Shown: positions 1 through 13,345, counted from the stretch's first letter. The stretch is 64,000 nucleotides of DNA from Vicugna vicugna (GCA_013265495.1 MU058844.1:12918184-12982183); one strand, 5' to 3'. Made by a program: numbers and translations. The notes: generated from the sequence alone by a model not told the origin.

Positions 1-299
1 TTTCATAACTAACATTATGCTTTGCATATGCTTTGGGGAGTAGGCTAACAAGATAAAGAAAAAATATCTGTCTTCCTAAAGGAAGAAAAAAATGTTAATG
101 TTTGTGTGGCACACTAAAGTCAACTGAAAAGACTCTTTGATGACTGTCCCAATGTTGCTTCTGGGCTCAACTGGGTGCTCTAGGGGCCAAGGACTAGAAG
201 TTTCTGCACAGCTGTACTTGAGCCAGACACATCACTGTGCTGTTGGAACACCTGACAGGAAGCTCCAGTACCCTCTGAAATTTGAGTTTACTAATTGCT

Positions 300-560
300 A
301 GGTCATGGGCTAAATTTGGCCCACAGGTAGATACATTTTTTTTGACCTACCCAATGTTTTAAAAATTTGAGCCAACAATTACAAGCCTAGACTTCCAGCT
401 TCTCTCAAGAAATATATAATATTGGGCCTGCCTGGACCTTAAGGACCACATGCTTTCCAAATGATTCTTGATTCCTGTGTGCTCTGTTTTGCACCCTGCC
501 CTCTTTTTCGTATCTGATGCTGTATGTATTTGCATTTGCAATCCCATATCAAATGTGTTA
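300..560. mobile_element. Degenerate hAT-Charlie DNA transposon relic (MER102-like)
   Basis: ggctaaatttggcccacag...aaaaatttgagccaaca...ttccagcttctctcaag resembles the recalled consensus. Confidence 0.4.
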
Positions 561-996
561 ATTTGGATATGCATATTAATATAATAAAGACCAAAGTTCA
601 AAATTTTTTGACTGTATAATTATTAAAATTGTTATGTGTTATGTAGCCTTTTTATCATTAAATGCAACTAGGAAGATTTTTGTGTTAAAAAAACCACAGA
701 TAGGTTATCTTCTCCCATCCATATAATAACAGCAAAACAATGATAAGATTGCATTAATCCATTGCTGCCTTCCCAAATCACTCAGAAGTGACTTATGAAG
801 GGTAAAACTTTAAAAATTTAAATGAATTCATTTCACTGTTGTGGTTTCTTCATTATCTATATGTTATATATTAGTATCAGGAAAGAGCAAAATTGCCAGC
901 TGTAAACAATTGCAGCATTGTTTGTAATATGAAAAACTGACAACAGAATAGATTTCCATCAGTAAGGGAATATATTAAGAAAAATTATAGAAACAC

Positions 997-1237
997 CATA
1001 GCTTGGTGGTTAAAAGCGTATCTTTTAGAGCCAGTCTGCCTCTATTTGAATTCTGCCTCCATGACTTACTAGCTATATGGTCCTGGGCAAGTCTATGCCT
1101 CACTTTTCTCATTTGTTAAATAAAGATAATGATAATCTTACTTCTCAAGGTTATTGGGAGGATTAAATGAGGTAATACATGTAAAATGCTTAGAAAAGTG
1201 ACTGGTACACAGAATGTGCCTAGTAAATGTTACCTCT
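997..1237 (+). mobile_element. MIR SINE, near full length
   Basis: gtggttaaaagcg...ctgggcaagt...ttctcatttgt...gaggattaaatgag...gcttagaaaagtgactggtacacag. Confidence 0.85.
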
Positions 1238-1356
1238 TAGTATTTTATTCATACTGAGAATCCTATGTAGCAGTTAAAAGAACGAGGTAGACATGAAGTG
1301 GAAATAGAATTGAAACACTTCAAAAAATACTGCATAGGAGAACCTTTTTTATGTGT

Positions 1357-1359
<3 letters not shown>

Positions 1360-1405
<46 letters not shown>

Positions 1406-1406
1406 A
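1360..1406 (+). repeat. (AAAT)11 microsatellite
   Basis: Perfect tetranucleotide tandem. Confidence 0.95.
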
Positions 1407-1832
1407 GCTACATATTTCTATAGGTTTTTACAAAGAAAAGGCCTGAAAGAATAGTGTTTTCCAGAAGGTTAACAGTGATCAGTTCTAGGGATCAGAATAG
1501 GATATGGTCAAATAAAAACTGCTTTTAGCTTTATTTATGTTGTTTGACATTTTTTCCATGCGATCATATTCATGTGTTGTGTCATTTAAAAAAAAGTAAA
1601 ATTCTTTAAAAATATACAGAGAACTGGACTTATGATCAGAAGAATTAGATTCTAATCTGTCTTGTCTAAAAAGTCCAACCAGCTCTTAAAAAAAGTTCTT
1701 CTATCCTAAGATGCTAGAATTCTAAAAGAGGTTTAGAATTTTATACTCTACATTTCTATAGAGCTAAAAAATTGAAAAGAAATTGCCTATTTCTAATGAA
1801 TTTTTAATTTTTCCATTATTTCTATAAAATAG

Positions 1833-1934
1833 GTACAAAAGAAAAATTACCGAGAGGAAAAGAAAAGAGCCACAAAGGAGTTACTCAGTACAATCACAGA
1901 CCCTTCTGTTATTGTTATGGCTGATTGGTTGAAG
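1833..1934 (+). CDS. OSBPL8: OSBPL8 coding exon (1 of 18 visible; 5' exons outside window), start of PH domain
   Basis: aaatag| acceptor, aag|gtcagt donor; 102 nt translating to VQKKNYREEKKRATKELLSTITDPSVIVMADWLK, recognised as ORP8. Confidence 0.95.
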
Positions 1935-3789
1935 GTCAGTTTGTATTGACTCTTGAATTCAAATCATTGGATATTTACCTATAGGAATAGGAAAGTGCAC
2001 CGAAAGCCTACAAGACAAAACAACTCCTAGGATGATTGTTTTCCGCTGATGAAGAAACTATTAATTGTATCCCAAAGGATCTATGCTGCAGTCTTAATGG
2101 AGAGAAGGAATCTTAATGTTGTCTGTCTTGACAACAACCTCAAATAAGCAGCTCTTTTAAAAAGGCTTTTTGGTTTGTGTGACATTATATAGTCTAATCC
2201 ATATGCTATAAATACTTTGCTATTCAAATTGTCATTCATTATTATTGTACAGTTGGTATATGTGCGTTTTTGAGAAGATATGAGATAAAGTTAATATAAA
2301 AGTTGTCATTTGAAAAGCACTAATTTTCAGAAAAACATTCGTATTGCTGTTTCCATACCTTATACTTTTGGCCTCTGGTTATTTCTGCTTTCCCCAAGAA
2401 TAGGTACAACCTCCAACCTAAAATTCTTGTGAGATCTGTCATGGAAGTTCTCTTACTAACTTGGAAGTCTAGTGATACTTTCTTTGATAGTTTAGTAATA
2501 CTGGGGTCTTCCTCAGTGTTATGCTGAAAACACCTTCTGACTTTTATTGGCTCTACTTACTAAGTCTTTAAGCTCCAGATCTCATTTGTGTCTTTCAGAC
2601 CTAAACCTAGTCTTTTCTTTTGACATTGGACTTCCCCCAAACAACCCGCCGGAAGTCCCCAACACATCCGCTGGCTGACTTTCTAAATCTTACCTTCATT
2701 CTGATAAATTGCCATCAGTTTTCTACTGTCACATCTCCAAGATCCAGAATGTTGTCACAGCATAACTCTTCCTTTGACATCTCTTGTCTTTCTCTCTTTT
2801 ACATATACTCCTACTTTTTAAAAAAAGATTTTCTCTTTTCTTCATGCCTGGCTGCAGACTTCCACTTTCTAAATTTTTCTTGTTTAGATTTACTGTGGTA
2901 TGCCTATTTGTGGGGTTAGGGAACTTTATATTTATTTCATAATTCATGTAAGTACATTGAGAAAGGAGATGTTTTATATAATAAGTAAAAGTGAGGATAA
3001 TTCCTAGTTTTTAATCTAAATATTATATTAGCATTTTTTTAGTATTGTGAATTCAGTGACTTGCATAGAAACAATTTTAATGGATTACAGAAATAAAAAT
3101 TCATAGGGAAAACTAGTTAGAGAATTATTATTAACATAGCACTAAATCTAGGATGAGGAGCATTTTTTGAGACTAGAGAGAGATTCATGTAACTTGTGTT
3201 TTGAAATTTCTCCCAAGAAATTTGTATGACACATTTTATATAATTGCTAAGAACAAAGATAGAGAAGGTAATTTTAGGGGCTAAGAAGAGGTTCTTCCCT
3301 CTCCCTACCACTCACTGACTATTTAGGGAATGTCTGTTGTGTGCTGGCAGTGTTTTAAGCACAGCTAATGCAGTGGTAAGAGTTAAAATTCTTAAGAGGT
3401 AAAAAAATCTTATACTCAGACAAATAACATCATAGCTGTGACAGATGCAAAGAGGAGAATCTCAGTACTAGGAAACTATATTTTAATGGCCGCTGACCTG
3501 GCCAGGAAGGTTAGGAAAATCATTCTACTTGGTACATTATTTTGAAACTGTTGACAGAGTCTCCCACTAGAATTTAAGTTCCTCTGAAGCAGAAGTCATG
3601 CTATTTTTAACATTTATTTTCATTGCTTGCCATTTAGTAACTGAAAAAACGTGTCTTGTGAATCTAAAGTGTACATTTTATGGAAATTTTAGATTAAAAC
3701 ATCCTATTTGCCATTATTTTGTTTGTATCTTGTGGAGCAGAAAGAGAAAAATAGAGCTTTACTTCTTAAATAAACTTATCTTTCTTTAG

Positions 3790-3993
3790 ATTCGTGGTAC
3801 TCTAAAGAGCTGGACCAAATTGTGGTGTGTGTTGAAACCTGGGGTGCTACTGATCTATAAAACCCAAAAAAATGGTCAGTGGGTAGGAACAGTACTTCTG
3901 AATGCCTGTGAAATCATTGAGCGTCCATCAAAAAAGGATGGCTTTTGTTTTAAACTTTTCCATCCTTTGGAGCAGTCTATTTGGGCAGTGAAG
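3790..3993 (+). CDS. OSBPL8: OSBPL8 coding exon 2/18, PH domain
   Basis: ctttag| and aag|gtaagt; 204 nt, IRGTLKSWTKLWCVLKPG...EQSIWAVK. Confidence 0.96.
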
Positions 3994-5199
3994 GTAAGTA
4001 TAGAGGAAAAGGTAAAGATGTCAGTCTATGAGTAGAGCTGAGATAAGTCAATGAATGATTGCTGTCCTCTGCCAGGACTTACAAATTTGTTTCTGTTTTC
4101 AATCACATTATTCTTCTTTCTGTCTCTACCCGTAATGAAATGTGCACCAAAAGGCTTTGTTTACCTTTGAGATCTAACTTAAAAATTTCTCCAGAAAATG
4201 TTTCCCAAATTTATATTGTACCTTATTATCTCTTGTGTTTGGGGATTCAGTTTGTTCTGGCTTTTTTAGTTTGCAGTTACCAGCTTTGCTTTGGAATACT
4301 GTATCATGAGTGTTCAAATTATAAGATCCTCTGGAACAGAAGCTGCCATTTATTTCTGTGATCTTTCCTATAGTGGTGTAAATATGTGGTAAGAAGCTTA
4401 TAAGCAGCAGTCCTGCTTACTCTTGAGATGCAGCTTTCTTTGAAGATGGAGCTCTAATGCTTTTATACTAAAAAGCATTACCTTGGTCACTCCTGTATTT
4501 TAAAAACAAACTTAAGAAAATTCATTCTGATAAACTGCTTTATTTGATTAACTACCAAGGAATTCTACAAAGTAGACATGTAATACATGCTATATATGTA
4601 TAGAATTTGATTCATATAAATGAATCTAGCTTAAATTTTTACAAAGAATCATTGTTTTAGTTTCTAAAGTACATTACACTTGAATAAAAGGTTTAGGGCC
4701 CCTTCTTTAAGGAAAACAACCTAGTTGAGATTTGAGCTAACTGAAAGCTTCATTTTTTTTTGGAAAAAACCTGGACTTTTTACCTTTATTTCAGTAGTCT
4801 GAAGTCATAGCAGGAATAAATGTAAGAATACAAAGTCAGTTTTATTCTGAGATTAGGTACTCCCCACAGGGGAAAGAATTTAACTTGTGAAGTCCCTGGT
4901 ATTACTGTATCATGTAACTCTCAAGTTAAAAAAAAATTACTTTCAAAACCATATACACACACTTAACAATTTATTTTTTACTACTCTTAGAAATTGCAAG
5001 AATTATAATGAATTTTTAAATCATTTAAAACATTTTAAATGTCAAATTATTTCATTCCAAATATTTAGGAGAGGTAAATTTATACAATTATATAAACATC
5101 AGAATATTCTCCACAAGCAAAGCCTACTTAGAAGCATTGTTTAAACAGCTTCAGAGTCAGTACCTATGATTAGGAAATAGTAAAGTTTATGAATCTTTA

Positions 5200-5392
5200 C
5201 TTTGTGTCAGTGACTCTTTTGAACGTGTTATTTGGAATCTTTTTTTAATTCTCATAACCATAAGGATGATACAGATTTCCCCCATTACCCAGTTAAAGAG
5301 ATTGAGGCCTTAAAGAGGTTACTTAAGTAATTTTTCTAGCATGGAATGAAGATTGAAGCCCAGGCAGTCTGACCTGAGGTCCTACTCTATAC
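5200..5392 (-). mobile_element. MIR fragment
   Basis: ttaattctcataac...ttgaggc...gaggttac...gattgaagcccaggcagtctgac. Confidence 0.6.
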
Positions 5393-6263
5393 TGATTCTA
5401 GGAACTGGACCATAAATTATAAAGCTATTTGAAAATACCCAAGGGTATTATAGGATTTGTTAAAAGCATATTGATTTGTTTCTACATTTTGAATATCCAT
5501 CTTTACTTCCTGCTATTTGTTTCTTAAAATCCATTTTGTCCTTTGGTCTGACAACTTTAAAAATTACGCTTTTTCTATCAAAATTATACTATAACTTCAA
5601 TCCTCAGATTTTTTTTCCAGATAAAGAACTGTACACCTGAAAGTAACCTTGGTGATACTAACTACTGTAAAGTTCTTGGTGTTTTATACTTCTAAAGCAA
5701 CCTCAGCCACCACCGGCAGCAATAAAATCCCTTTTTCTTTCTTGTTTCTGGAAAAATAAAATTAGCTTTTTTTTTAAGTTGGTATTTTGTAAACAAGTAT
5801 ATCATTGGTTATAAAATGGGGATTTATTTTTCCCTAGACTTAGTAAAAATGTATTTCTCTTTTTCTTATAAATTATAACTGTATTTCTGTTTCTTTAGGC
5901 TTCTAAAAATTTAGTATTGCTTATCTAGTAGTATTTGTGGGATATAAATTCTGTTATATTAAAATTTGGTCTAGTATGGTAAGTTTTAGGTTTCTCCATA
6001 ATATGTAAACAATATATAGAGAAAATGTTTAATGATAGCTATAAGTTGTTCATTTTTCTGGTAAGGAGGTATATTTGGTGGAAGAGGAAAACTTTCCTTA
6101 ATACTTAACATTTGCTTTCTCAGAAAGCATGAAATTAAAGCTTGTTTGCTTTTAAAAATTATAATCCATGCCTAACTTAGATTATTACAGATAATAATGG
6201 ATAATAAAAAGTTGAGATCTCATAATACCATACACTATTTATTTTACTTATTTTGCTTTTAAG

Positions 6264-6348
6264 GGTCCCAAAGGTGAAGCAGTTGGATCTATAACTCAGC
6301 CCCTACCTAGCAGTTATTTGATCATCCGAGCTACTTCTGAGTCCGATG
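6264..6348 (+). CDS. OSBPL8: OSBPL8 coding exon 3/18, PH domain
   Basis: tttaag| and atg|gtaaac; 85 nt, GPKGEAVGSITQPLPSSYLIIRATSESD(G). Confidence 0.95.
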
Positions 6349-7632
6349 GTAAACAAATGATGGGTTGGGTTTGGTCCTCATTTTTAAGGGTTTATTGTAT
6401 ATATCACTACATTTTCCTTTGGGAAAAATACGGTATTTGCAGCAGAGGTACTATAATCATAATCATATTGCTTAGAAGACTGTATCATTAATGTGGCCAA
6501 CAAACAAGGAAATTTGATAGGAAGGAAGCATTATATAGTTGAATGATAAATTAGCAGCCTGGAGTTTTCTTCATCCTCCATTGACATATTGACACCTTTT
6601 TGACTTGGTTAGTGTTCTCTATGATAACTCATTAAGTCTTGTCATTTTAGAAATACATTTAATACTATTTATATTTTATCATTAAATATTAGCATGACTA
6701 TATATATACTATTTTGATTTTTTTTACATAAGACATTAAAATACAAACTTCTATTCTGCATTTAATTACTTAATACTTAATTTCTGAAGCAAAAATGGGA
6801 AGAGTATAACTTACTTACATGAAAGCAAAGTACCTTTAAAAACTTAATAATTGATAATGAATTTCTTCTTCACTTTTATGTTTTATAGTTTAGACTAGCT
6901 TAGCCCAGGGAATCGTGTAACCTAAAGTTCACTTTAACCAGATGATTATTTAAAAAATTAATATCATAGGCATGAGCTTTCATTATGAAAGGGATTTACT
7001 TGGCTGATATTTCCAGCTTTATCTTGAAACAAATACATATGACTTTTAAGAACAACTAACTTTTTTTCTGCTAATACTGTTCTAAATTTTAATTAAAAAA
7101 TAAAGTTATTAATGTTTCTACTAACTAATAAGGCAGTTAATAACAGTATTGTTCAGGCATTTTTCTGATTTTAAAAATTTCATAGATATAAGTAGAATGG
7201 ATGCTAAACCTGACATAGATGTCCTGTCAACAACAAAATATTTTAAATCGTTTGTTTATAGTAGAAACATAATCCCTTCATTACATTTTATGTACCTTTT
7301 TTGGTACCTTCAGATTATACTACATGTTGTTAGTCTTAGAGATTTTAAAAATAAAGTACATTTATTTTAGATTAGGTGTGTTTTCTAATGCATGTTAATG
7401 CTATTTATTTACCAGTGGTTTCTAGATATTTAGAAAGTAAAAAGTACTTGTTATACTGAAAAATTGCATTAAGAAATCCTGGCAAGATTTTATGTTCAAA
7501 TTAACTTTTACAGTGCATGTTTCTCAGAGAAATAATAATAGTATGTTTAAAGGTTAACAGTGTTAAATGAAGATGGATGCTAGTTTTTCTAGTTTATTGA
7601 ATTATACTACTTACGAGTCTATGTTATTCTAG

Positions 7633-7804
7633 GAAGGTGCTGGATGGATGCTTTGGAGCTGGCTTTGAAATGTTCTAGTCTTCTCAAACGTACAATGATC
7701 AGGGAAGGAAAGGAACATGAGCTGAGCATCTCATCAGAGAGCACCCATGTGACTCTGTATGGCTTATTACGGGCTAACAATCTCCACAGTGGTGACAACT
7801 TCCA
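7633..7804 (+). CDS. OSBPL8: OSBPL8 coding exon 4/18, end of PH domain
   Basis: ttctag| and cca|gtaagt; 172 nt, (G)RCWMDALELALKCSSLLKRTMIREG...SGDNF(Q). Confidence 0.95.
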
Positions 7805-10499
7805 GTAAGTAGATACTGCCACTAATTTGGTGATTATTTTCAAGACTGCGATGTTCACTAGGTTAGTTAGCCTAGAATTTTTGTAGTGTATCTAAGATTG
7901 AAACTTGGCTGTCTTCTTCCCATTCATTATATGGCCTACGGCCTGGTTTAACATTTGTTTAGTTGCTATGGTGAGGTGTAAAAAGTTATTTCCTTGATTC
8001 CAGCTCATGTAAATTACTTGTTCTTACCTAAATACAACCATGCTGTCTACCTTGTCTTTGTATGTGGTGTCCCCTCCATTAAGAATGATTTCTAGTCCAC
8101 CTTGCTCTTTTCTTCTCCTGTGTTTTTTTAAGGCCAGTCCCAGTCTGAAATGTTATATGTGAAGCCTTTTCTGCTTCATAAAAATGAGATGTAATCCATG
8201 TCTCTATTACTGTTCTATAGCACTTTTTTTTTTCTGGATAATGGAATTTGACTTATTCTACTTGGTATTTGTGGAATTCTGCTATTATATTGTAAGTGTT
8301 TTCAAGTTGGAACTGTATCCTATTTGTGTTTTCCCCCAGTGAGGCATTCATTGTAGTTAATACTAAAAAAAATTTCCTCCAAGAAAATGAAGAAGCCCTT
8401 TGTTTGAGGTTCAGGGGGTTGTTGAGGTTCAGATCTCTTCTGTTGCTCTGCAGGAAAAATGGGCTTCCCCTTTTCCTCCCTTGCCCCAGCCCTCAGCTTC
8501 TCTGCAGCCACTTACTCCTGTCAGCACTGAGGTTACTCTCCTCAAAGTCAGACTGCTCCTCTCCTTGCCTCCATGTAACCTGAGCTGAACTGTTTTTTCC
8601 CTAGCTTTTTTGTTTGGCTCTTTTCCTTTGTTCCCTTTTAAATCTGCCATTACCTTAACCTTTTACATCCTTTCTTTGCAGATTTGTAACCTGGAGCTTT
8701 AGCTTCCCACTATGGAAGCCTGAATGGGATAGGATTGGGGTGGGGGTGGGTTACCACTGATATAAGGATGGGTTTTTGTTGGGACCTCTTCCCTTGGTAT
8801 TACTGAATACCAGGTAATCCTTAAATGCTTTTATTTAGGGTTCTTAAAAATTCATCTACTTCACATCCTTACTCATTAAAGATTTTTGAGCCTCTTCACT
8901 TTTCTGTGTAATTCACCACATTGTGAATAGGGAGATGAATCAGGTACGATCCTAAATCTGAACCCAGTATAACAGTTTACTAGCTGTGTGATCCTAGAGA
9001 GATGTTTTGCTTTGTTTTGTTTTGTTTGAAACCTATAAAATGCCAGGCAACTATGAATAGTGGGAAGAAAAGAATGACATAAACAACCAAAGGAGAGATG
9101 TCTTAGGGTAGTATAGGATCAGGAGAATTTAGAAGATGAAAACATAATGTCCAGTTAGGGAATCAGGGAGAGGATCAATATATCAGATTTTGCAAAAGCA
9201 GAATCAACATATCAACATGTTCATTTAACTATATGACAGAAAATGAGCTGTGAACTATGATGCAGAGTTAAGGAGGGATGGGAGCCCACCTTCCAGATGT
9301 AGAATCTGCTTGGAAATAAGAGACAGGAGATGGGTGAAGTTAAAGATTATCAAGTTTTAAGCCTGAGTGACTGAGAAGATGATGGTAAAATTTTTGAAAA
9401 GGACCACGTTTAGGAGATGATAATTTATTAAGTATTGGACATGTTGAGGATGCAGTGGTCCCAGGACATATAGATGATGTCAGCCAAGCATTTAAAAGCC
9501 TGAGTCTTTAAAAGCTTATTTTTACATGATGGGAAATCATCCAATAGAGATCAATTAATAGAAATGATGATGAGGTCTTGAATTTGGATAGCTTGCCAAA
9601 GGAGAGAGAGGATAAACAAATAAAAGAGAAAATAAAAACCAAATTGTGAGGAGTTAAGGTGAGAATATATAGTAAGAAAGCAAAGACAGCAATTTTAAAC
9701 TACTTTTTAAAAAATACATGATTGTAAAGGAAAAGAAAGAAAATAATAAGTATTACAAAGACTGAATTTCTATTAGAAGTACTCTGGTTAAAATTCAAAC
9801 AAATGAAGGTGTTGGAAAAATAGAGACTAAAATAGGACTCAAATAGGACTATTCTGCTCTGCTACTCATGTCAGCATGGTTAAAATGTCAGTTATATATA
9901 ATGGCACCGTGTATTCATTTGCAAAGTACTTTACAAATTTTATTTATACCAAAGGAAACACACAGGTACTTTCTTAAATAAGAAATTTCTTTAAATTTTT
10001 CATTAATTCTGGGAGTGAGGGATTTTTTTTTTGGAGGGGGGCAGTAGGGTGTACAGATTAGTAATTCTAATCCTGTAAGTAAGAATAAGGTTGGATACAA
10101 CAACTTACCAATTTCAGGATGTAGGTTCATTTCCTTAAGTTGAAATTTCCATTTCTCCCTGGTTTTTTTTTTCAAGATTGAATCTATCAGTCAAGTATTA
10201 AATTGATATAATTACCTTATACATTTTCTCATTTTATTTTTGGACTTACTTTGAGTGACTTTGGAGACCTCAGGTGGAAAGTCATAATTCATCTGAGTTC
10301 ACTTGAGAATCTGATGATCTTAACTTGAAGTTTTTCTTCAGACTACAAGTGATAGGTTAGTAGGTTGATTCAAGTGATGATATTTGTATGTAAAAATGTA
10401 GCAAGAAATAGTCTAAAATTTTGCTTTTGGAAGATTTTAGACTCAAAGGGTAGAGAAGCAAACAGCTCAGAGTGTCATCTTTCAATATTTCCCAGGTTT

Positions 10500-10655
10500 T
10501 TAATTCATTCTTCTGTGCCCCCATTTATTAATCTATGAAGTGAGAAGAATAATTTTACTTATCTCATATGGTTATTTTGTGATTAAATGAGTTAAACAAC
10601 ATAAAACACTTAGAACGGTGCCAGGCACATAGTAAATTCTCAGTGAATGTGACAT
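10500..10655 (+). mobile_element. MIR 3' fragment
   Basis: gattaaatgagttaaac...aaacacttagaacggtgccaggcacatagtaa. Confidence 0.75.
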
Positions 10656-10726
10656 ATCATTCTTATTTATAAATTAAATATTCTTAACCTCTTTCATTCT
10701 TCCTCCTAATAATTCTTTCCCTTAAG

Positions 10727-10964
10727 GTTAAATGATAGTGAAATTGAACGGCAGCATTTTAAGGACCAAGATATGTATTCTGATAAATCTGATAAAGAAA
10801 ATGATCAGGAGCATGATGAGTCTGACAATGAGGTGATGGGGAAGAGTGAGGAGAGTGACACAGATACATCGGAAAGGCAGGACGACTCGTACATCGAGCC
10901 TGAGCCTGTGGAGCCTTTGAAGGAGACTACCTACACTGAACAGAGCCATGAAGAACTCGGAGAG
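10727..10964 (+). CDS. OSBPL8: OSBPL8 coding exon 5/18, acidic linker
   Basis: cttaag| and gag|gtagaa; 238 nt, LNDSEIERQHFKDQDMYSDKSDKEND...EELGE. Confidence 0.94.
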
Positions 10965-11553
10965 GTAGAAGTTCCCAGGGGTTTTGGTTTTCTAATACTT
11001 GAAAATTTACAGATAAAAATGAAGATATTTGTTCAGCTTACTGCTTATTTTTCCTAAAGAAAATAGTATTTGTATGTTTTATTTTAAAAGGTGCATACAT
11101 ATGAAGTATATCAAGATTTATAAACAGCTAAACACATAAACACATGTACCAATATATTCTATTAAATTTCAAGTTTACATCTTCTTCAGGTTTGCTTTTG
11201 AAATAAGATACCCCTTGATGTCATTACCAGGTACAAAGTAAACTGCAAGGAAATATGAATTTATAGCTTTCTTGTTATTGCTAGTGCATAGAAGTAAACA
11301 TAGTATAATAGAGTATAATGGTTTTTGTAATGGATTCTTTATATATATCACTCACTTTAGTGTCTCTTGGTACTACCCTTTTTATCTAAATTTTATAGCT
11401 ATAGACTAATTACCTAATGGGTTATTTGCACATTTTAAGAATGCTTGAATAGTCCTATAGAGAATTCATATTATCAACATTAGCTGTCTTATCTACATAT
11501 TTATGTGTCTGAAATAAATATAATATTTCAGTATTTTTTGTTAATTGCTAAAG

Positions 11554-11738
11554 GCAGGTGAGGCTTCTCAAACAGAAACTGTATCTGAAGAAAATAAAAG
11601 CCTTATCTGGACACTGCTGAAACAGGTCCGTCCTGGTATGGACCTGTCCAGGGTGGTTCTACCGACATTTATTTTGGAGCCTCGTTCTTTCCTGGATAAA
11701 CTTTCAGATTACTACTACCATGCAGACTTCCTATCTGA
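11554..11738 (+). CDS. OSBPL8: OSBPL8 coding exon 6/18, start of OSBP-related domain (ORD lid)
   Basis: ctaaag| and tga|gtaagt; 185 nt, [45 protein letters not shown]... Confidence 0.95.
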
Positions 11739-12499
11739 GTAAGTAGATTCTCATTTCTTAAAATAAAAGATACTTCATGGTTTAGAGATTTGTCAGAGTA
11801 CTAATTTCTGCGGTTTTACCTTACCAAAATTGGGCCCTAATAATAATAAGATACACTCTCTCTTTTTCACCACTTCTATAGCTGACCTTGATAAGAAGCA
11901 TATTTAATACTTTGCTGTAATGTTTCCATTTATGAGGTCAAAGTGAGAGATTAAAAGCTCGAGGAAGACAGGAATTCGGCCCCTGCCTTGAAAGCACTGC
12001 CATCACAGGCTCCCTGTGCACTGACCAGACACGGGGAGAGGTGGTTGGCTTTCTTTGTTCTCTCCACCTAAGCCCTCATTCAGGTCCCATCCAGGGGCTT
12101 GTTCTCTTGCTTGTGCTTGTCCTCTCTGCGTGCTATGAGGCATGCACAGTTTATCCTATCTGGAGCATCCTGCCAATTGTTGGCTCGTAGCAAAAATTCC
12201 CACTCTTATCTTTGTTTTTCTTCCTGCCAGCTGATCCTGGGTGTAATTCTGAAGAGGGCAGGCATAAAGGAGGTGGAAGAGGAGCTACCCACCTTTTCTC
12301 AGCAGTTTCTTGGAGACCCATACCTTTTAGGTTTCACCTGCTGACCCCATTCCAGCAGCTGCGTTTTCTAAAATACTAGAGATAGATACAAGACGCTGGG
12401 TTTTCTGAGGTACTAGGTTCTGGCCCTGTGACCTGATTTTTAGATTCTGCATCAATATCTATATTCAGTTTATTAGTTGCATTATTAGTCTATTAATTG

Positions 12500-13345
12500 C
12501 ATTAATGAACATTGCAAAAAAAACCCACATAAACTGATGTAAAGGACAATTGATAAACTATGGGAGATTTCTGCAAATTAGGCCATACAGAAAGTGTTAA
12601 TCTCCCTAAAATAAAAAGGGCTCTTAGACATTAAATAAAAATTATCAACAACCTAATAGGAAAAAGGAGTAGAGAAATTGACCAAGCAGTTCAAAAATGA
12701 AGTAATAGAAACAGTCCTTAAACATGTAAACTTCATTCAAAATAAAAAAAGGTACAAATTCAAGCCTTAATAAGATCTATTTTTCATCCATCACATTGAC
12801 CAAAAATCCAAATGCTTTTATACTCCTGTTCCACTTTCTTTTATCTGTCTAGAAATTTATTTCTCTCAGAATATGAGGCAGGTTCCTATGAGTCACAATA
12901 AGATCTTGAGAGATGCCCATTTTTCTCAAATTCTTCTATTACCTTGCACTTTTCACACACACATAATCCTTAAGATCCCTCCAAATCCGTTTATCATGTT
13001 CTGTGAGGTGGATGTGCCATATATTATTTAACCAGTCAGGTATGGCTGGACACTTGAGTTATCTAATCTTTTACTATTATAAACCCTGTTGTAACAATCC
13101 TATACATATGTCATTTTCCCAAATTGAAAGGTTGCACTTCTGGCAACGCACACTATTGCCAAGGTTGTGTGGGGCCACAGGCACTCAACAGACGGCTGCT
13201 GGGTGATAAAAACTAGCACAGGGCCTTTGAAAGGAATCTGGCAGCATCTACCAAAATTGTAGATGCATTCAATCTGGGAATGACTCCTACAGATACAACT
13301 CCAGATTATGGAAAATGATTCCTACAAGTTGATTTACTTAGTTAT
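12500..13345 (+). mobile_element. Old L1M (ORF2 end) relic, interrupted
   Basis: caacaacctaataggaaaaagg...aaacatgtaa...ccaaggttgtg...atctggcagcatctaccaaaatt. Confidence 0.55.

Larger units (their letters stand above)
905..1600 (+). mobile_element. Old L1M 3' region, interrupted by a MIR and a microsatellite
   Basis: gcagcattgtttgtaata...ccatcagtaagggaat, resuming after the MIR with tattcatactgagaatcctatgtagcagttaaaagaa. Confidence 0.55.

Noticed and set aside
1715..1743. 12-bp near-perfect hairpin (tagaattctaaa...tttagaatttta)
   Set aside because: Short and very AT-rich; plausible by chance or from a repeat tail
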